A stretch of DNA of 53,424 bases, the filler included, from Stramenopiles sp. TOSAG23-2 (taxonomy: Eukaryota): the NCBI GenBank assembly GCA_900128395.1. It is 3 parts of 3 records of this genome, joined end to end, with 100 filler letters (N's around TTAATTAATTAA, not from the genome) between each part and the next. Parts side by side here need not be neighbours in the genome. Positions count along the whole stretch, not along the records: positions 35,712 to 53,424 come from LT649629.1; 2 more parts are not named here. One strand, 5' to 3'. The notes under the pieces are model-generated. The model was not told the origin of the DNA. It did no database searches and saw nothing but the letters and a program-made list of their open reading frames with translations. Both the position numbers and the translations under genes were made by a program. Of this stretch, positions 51,801 to 53,424 are shown piece by piece; position 1 is the first letter of the stretch; every line of letters starts with the position of its first letter.

Positions 51801-52409
51801 AATTCACTATTTTACGGACGCATTCCACAACTATGGGCCGACAATAGTTACCCTTCATTGAAACCATTAGGAGGTTATGTAAATGATTTTTTAAACCGTT
51901 TATCTTTTTTCCAAAAATGGCTTGATACGCAGGCACCACCAGCGTTCTGGTTTCCAGGTTTATATTTCTCTGCAGCATTTTTGACAGGAAATCTACAAAA
52001 TTTTGCCAGAAAATATACAATTCCAATTGATCACGTTGAATTTGATTTTGAAATGATGGACGGTAGTTTTGAAAAATATACAGAACCTCCAGAAGATGGT
52101 TGTTATGCATACGGCATGTTTATTGATGGGGCAAGGTGGAATCCGGAAAAACATGCTTTGGATACCTCTAAACCGAAAATATTATTTGCAGAGGCTCCTG
52201 TTATTTATTTAAAACCTGCCGAAGATACAAAATTATCGAAGTACCAGCATTACACATGCCCCGTGTACAATACAAGTGAAAGACGAGGAATGTTATCAAC
52301 TACAGGCCATTCAACAAATTTCGTAATGTATACTCGAATACCATCTGACAAAGATGAATCCTTCTGGATTGAGGCTGGTGTGGCATTGATAGCACAATTA
52401 GATGATTAA
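39876..52409 (+). CDS. Axonemal dynein heavy chain, single-headed inner-arm type (DNAH3/7/12-like)
   Basis: 4177-aa intronless ORF. FPRFFFLSNDELLEIL, P1 GPAGTGKTETVKDL, CFDEFNRI, P3 GPTGTGKS, P4 GVGGSGRQS, stalk/MTBD, C-terminal WIEAGVALIAQLDD. The short N-terminal tail fits the inner-arm class. Confidence 0.97.
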   Translation: MKRNAKLSQSEPILGFTPAVDEKTEEKSQVKSAWGEKSNNVSSQRRSGRSAPRMPQMKLGNLLPRLDLEPVVNAIKVGDEEDNRKRKKKGKKVAMSPKKLKQSMKNLKPETLLKPSKSMTVIKSPTNSKFGPPPSSPNSKRGTQSPMKSSIKQGSSKVSATLTPSLFTKDLGGLPSLHTAYDVIAYFAKNGNTTPLKFVYLNKAETGTDWRPYDLNVVTAAEVQEEHYIFSSKGVMHFTSKRGQEHVKKEDREEKPTNIMTLARWTYEAAVFKMLRSFATFKNYLIWKMMKNWRTAVKYIRYCKIRRTVGKKLFILKKLFQNTILSVLKKAAIFQQTLLFNMSFKKTVTLDAFENLQETRLREVSEALDKMCQESFAEASDVSGHIKDELKSLRKRLAEPSEKKSMADERIEREGLMAAIAELIGDKTRILKFLKLIDRMLIESAFVHALDTFTRFVSLCQNQSPALRLGVLKISVSLGPNGARFYPSEAALTSRIDEVTDSMLKTLNNAPRLSLSANMKLPLSAGDLLFKDEKMQKLRAALRMTASKAYVAARTYGEGFEKYRNLYEFVSDFDTEEYGAENPSFAKLSADLDQLGKWDKDIQTMRLERNVAPLLLVGARSFKQTLVDKIAVPQKAIMGLILGEGRILGHEIIKEYKDICTKLTIKESISLNKQADFVAELKFAEDEEQKLEQKVELVQNIYRRLDKMEVKVPLDDRTQLDDVLEWGDKFRATTEDGRIYVKEQASKYEDKLNENIAALEKQCGEITGTLNQSPYVDVMDEDPSIEFTTMIMESLDHVKQNMESLEAQVTQLSKIKSLFDNMEYICTPMDTLKMVYEGKRNTWDLCQKWRTQLHDWFYSDVTVIFNPEANKTGLDANGLEKVIDEYFGDANAIRRKSQDDPVINNLLTEIKVYRQKQTMMGQLGHPSLLPRHWESLFKILDEEYNESEEITLMKLGEAGVFEDGKLEMLDEVCAVAGKEYSLQKAMDKMEEEWAEQEFGLKAYKETGTYILASLEEIEGILDDQIVRSQAMRGSRFIKPFEARIIAWEKKLKLLEEILENWLKVQGTWLYLEPIFSSPDIRKQMPAEAKRFAVVDRVWRELMEETSGSTAVLNVTEREGTLEGLINSNGLLNQIQKGLADYLNKKRIFFPRFFFLSNDELLEILSETKDPLKVLPHLKKCFEGVYSLEFSKTLDILAMISKEKESVKFTYEAVNEEIINPDDAHGCVEIWLDRIQTVMRKTMAHLFDQSMEDYAVKEADGKRTEWLKLWPGQIVLGVSQTYWTTETTKALRDGGVEGARKYCDVLQGYINDIIAMVRGKISKAVKKTVSPLVVLDKHALEAVKDLVKMGISSPNDFDWLCQLRYYWTKGGESAQSGNPGSVLVKMINAFREYAFEYLGNSMRLVVTPLTDRCYRTLMGAIHLDYGGAPAGPAGTGKTETVKDLGKACAIQCVVYNCSDSLDYKAMGKFFKGLAGTGAWSCFDEFNRINLEVLSVIAQQILTITRAKVARLDRFDFEGENIILRRTCNVFVTMNPGYAGRQELPDNLKALFRAVAMMVPDYAMIGEIILYSMGYLEGGPMANKIVMTYKLCSEQLSNQRHYDYGMRAVIAVLRAAGNLKSKFPEEEESKLCLRSIIDVNLPKFLAPDVPLFKGIVGDLFPGVVLDEVDRDVMLAVLKDEIKKKTLQPTDYFISKTFEIYEMMIVRHGFMVVGEPFAAKSNALKMLAATLSTLHEQYPEDKKFNKVYYTIINPKSVTMGQLYGQFDPVSHEWTDGVLAISYRNYAAEPPKIGNAEDLKWVWFDGPVDAIWIENMNTVLDDNKKLCLMSGEMMAMSNTMSMIFEPMDLEVASPATVSRVGVVYMEPFRMGWQPCLDSWIDAFIELPASVDDEGNVTRPEDPRPWTITADQADIVRKLYGWLIDPCICFVRKMVSEQVGVHDQTLVVATLRLMESIFEEILVNSDGAGGAGMSVKAKDMSEEAANMITLRRETIECTILFSIVWSIGATGDEEGRKKFNEFLPAYLEDSSIIDKPEMKGVKTLLMLRSWESPMKKQYKVSNPMPSENTVYGYSYIPSNSTWKSWNEQVDKSLPSMDASFSSIVVPNVITAQLGVLLDLLITHNFTPLVCGPTGTGKSVFINTVLNSHLDQNIYKPIQIAFTAKTSANQTQDQVDQKLDKRRRGIYGPAFGCKAIVFIDDLNMPEVEEYGAQPPIELLRQMIDNGGWYDIQEKDFHALVDVQLICAMGPPGGGRNAITPRMMRHFSVLCITDFHENDIVNIFTTLMTWNMERVNFDAEIKGDINSLIQATLSVYKQSQSTLLPTPKKSHYTFNLRDFSKIIQGICMVEPYEGFDTSAMRRLWVHESSRVIMDRLLELADKEIFLDILRDISTNIFDTSFDELIGFLNPDGSEIADLSAHRRLFFGNYLDINAAVPKYVEIEDVEDLVNKITGNLEVYNQESKTKMDLVLFVFAIEHVSRISRVVAMPGGCALLVGVGGSGRQSLTRLAAFMCNYNLKQIELSKNYAVVDWLEDLKELLISAGTGKKDMVFLFSDTQVKYPIFIENINSLLNSGSVPNIFGVDDKAAIIDGMRSVLKGDPKLKTMSNAELFNKYLERTKQKLHVVLAFSPIGDAFRERLRKFPALVNNTTIDWFFAWPKDALVAVAQKFFNEIEMDDEIRTQVVQTCQYMHDSVRDLSVKFGKELKRVNYVTPTSYLELIRCFSDNLAICRAKVMKAKNRYANGLEKLAFAAEQVSAMQEELTAKLPVLAEAKKETDALMIDIQEKLPGVKKMEKNVGAEAAVVKVQADTCAKMKKECEDDLAEAIPLLESALKALNTLKKSDIDEVKNMKSPPSGVILTLSAVCQMMKVKPDKIKDPEGGTKKVLDYWGPSKKHLLNDSKFIQRLKDYDKDNIDPKIIKILRKKFIPNEDFQPERVKKASVAAHGLCKWVRAMEAYDRVAKVVGPKKEKLKETEAELKVTLDALGKKEAALKEVKDNLAQLETAFSEATAKKEQLEEDVDLCEKKLVRAKQLIDGLGGEQSRWTINVAHLSDDYENVTGNVLMSAGLIAYLGAFTASYRKGIILEWANLCKGRKIPCADNPSLLRTLGDPVVIRQWNAQGLPTDGFSVDNAIVVFNSRRWPLMIDPQGQANKWIRTLERENALKVVKLTQNQYMRTIENAVQFGAPILLENVGEILDPTLEPLLQKAVFKQGGVMCIRLGDSTVEYSDSFRFYITTKLTNPHYLPEVSVKVTLLNFMITPEGLQDQLLAIVVKEERPELAEEKERLIVEGAENAKALKDVEDEILHILSTSEGNILEDESAIKALNMSKEISADIKEKQAIVDETEKKIDLVRTGYIPIAYHSQILYFCIADLANVEPTYQYALEWFSKLFITSIRTSESASDVKERLQILERHFTYSLYNNICRSLLEKDKLLFSFLLSIRIKMGRNEVDQTEWYFLLTGGIGGDNPHPNPAAEWLSAKSWDELCRLSDLKAFQGFKEYFQAKTDGFREIYDSSNAHTVPIPGSWNDRLNLIQKLLILRCIRPDKVILACQNYVIAEMGEKYVKPPTFNLQLCFDDSTAITPLVFVLSAGSDPTGAVQKFGDDSNAKYNMISLGQGQGPKAEKLMDMAQSDGSWVILQNAHLAISWMPSLERVCESFDPDRIHADFRLWITTYPDPGFPISILQNAIKMTFEPPSGLRANLLGSYFMDPIVDPEFFGFTFSDESLGPVYRRLMYGLCFFHALVQERREFGALGWNNPYEFNESDLKISVKQLQIFLELYDEIPFKALNYSTGQCNYGGRVTDDKDRRALMAILKNFYRPEVLDEGHKLSASGAWVMPPDMNYEGYVAFIEKLPLVVDPEVFNLHENANITKDMGYTNNLFASILLTQSSSGGGGGDEKSQEDVTYEVAEANLKKLPPEFDMELAELKYPIQWNQSMNTVLVQELLRYNKLNKIIKVSLKNTMDGMKGIIVLSEQLERLGNSLFYGRIPQLWADNSYPSLKPLGGYVNDFLNRLSFFQKWLDTQAPPAFWFPGLYFSAAFLTGNLQNFARKYTIPIDHVEFDFEMMDGSFEKYTEPPEDGCYAYGMFIDGARWNPEKHALDTSKPKILFAEAPVIYLKPAEDTKLSKYQHYTCPVYNTSERRGMLSTTGHSTNFVMYTRIPSDKDESFWIEAGVALIAQLDD

Positions 52410-52614
52410 GTGTGTGTAAATATATATATATGACATGTATGGTAATGATATTTAATATTATACGTACGAATTATACTTTTATTAAAATACGAGTATAATT
52501 ATATAAAATGTTCTCTTACTCGAGTATAATTATATATAATATAATATATTAATATTAATATATTATACAAAAAACAACAAATTTTATACATATACATATA
52601 CATACGAACACACA

Positions 52615-53232
52615 TTAAGATGTTAAAAGTTTCGGATTATGCGTTTTGATTGGTGACGTTGGTAATGCCAACGCTCTCTTAAACAAATCAACTATCTTCT
52701 TCGTTTCTTCTACATTATTTTCATCAACAACTTCTTTTATTCCATAAGGTTGTACACGTTTTACATAAACATATTGTTCATTTGGATTATTATAATTTGG
52801 ATTATAGTCAGAAGGACCGGGGGTAATCTTTTCAGACGGAAATCGATGATTGCGGCTCCAATTTGAATATACTACTCTATCTAAATTTGCCCTCGGGCCC
52901 GTTATAGGGACACCTGTTGGGTTCGATGGTACAAAGCATGTGTGTCCAGGTCGATATCTTGGACTACGAAATTGTAACTTTTGAAGTCTACCTTTTAGCC
53001 TGACAGATTCATCATTTGTTTTACTAATCCCTCTAATTTGTCTTCTTCTATGGCCTGGTCTATACAAACGTCTAGATTTCCCCCCAGCCTCTGACTGTTT
53101 AACCATATTGTCTCTGGTTACTTTTTTCAAACTGGCTTCCAGCCTATTATTTTCCTCAACAAGCATTGCATATTGAAGCTCTATTTTACCAAAAGTCGCT
53201 TTTCTCGCAGAATTAATTGGAGAATGAGCCAT
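52615..53232 (-). CDS. Coiled-coil protein with one SHIPPO/PGP-like repeat (possibly ciliary)
   Basis: 205-aa ORF with an N-terminal coiled coil and the motif TPGPSDYNP. Confidence 0.5.
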   Translation of the reverse strand: MAHSPINSARKATFGKIELQYAMLVEENNRLEASLKKVTRDNMVKQSEAGGKSRRLYRPGHRRRQIRGISKTNDESVRLKGRLQKLQFRSPRYRPGHTCFVPSNPTGVPITGPRANLDRVVYSNWSRNHRFPSEKITPGPSDYNPNYNNPNEQYVYVKRVQPYGIKEVVDENNVEETKKIVDLFKRALALPTSPIKTHNPKLLTS

Positions 53233-53424
53233 GTTTTACACATATACTTACGTTGAGCGTTTATTGGTTACTCTGGATTCCTATTTGCTATACCCCTTTT
53301 CTTTAAATAAATTTACAATTAATAAGTTTGAAAAATTGATGTATCCATGAATGGATTGTATTATGATATTAATAAAGTATAATTGAACGTCTTTTTTTAC
53401 TATATAGAATACTTGGTACTATAT

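Noticed and set aside
39959-52110. Many short antisense or overlapping ORFs within the dynein gene and other long CDSs
   Set aside because: Shadow ORFs caused by codon bias, with no recognisable motifs.
1-53424. tRNA, rRNA, transposase or viral genes
   Set aside because: None recognised by eye. tRNAscan-SE and Rfam scans would be needed to exclude RNA genes formally.

Overview
AT-rich, intron-poor genomic DNA of a flagellated unicellular eukaryote using the standard code. A stramenopile-like protist is plausible but only inferred. The window is three unlinked contigs (1-17789, 17890-35611, 35712-53424) joined by artificial 100-nt N/TTAATTAATTAA spacers, so adjacency across the spacers has no biological meaning. 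Core genes are NDUFA2, NDC80, an LRRC72-like LRR/EF-hand protein, a tetraspanin-like protein and an intronless axonemal dynein heavy chain. Contig 1 looks like an accessory, possibly immunity-related region. It has a membrane LRR-LNR protein, a HET/TIR-like + LRR + LGFP-like protein next to a TIR-domain protein, and a tandem SDR-SDR fusion in which only one near-identical copy has an intron and has lost its stop after a PTS1 (SKL). It also has a frame-split gene and a dispersed ~65-120 bp repeat family found just 3' of accessory genes, two copies of which bracket the TIR gene. Other candidates are a stand-alone EB1-C-like protein, a divergent GH16-like enzyme, a spliced Cys-cluster protein, a possible structured RNA upstream of NDC80 and a 310-bp hairpin-containing tandem repeat upstream of the dynein gene.
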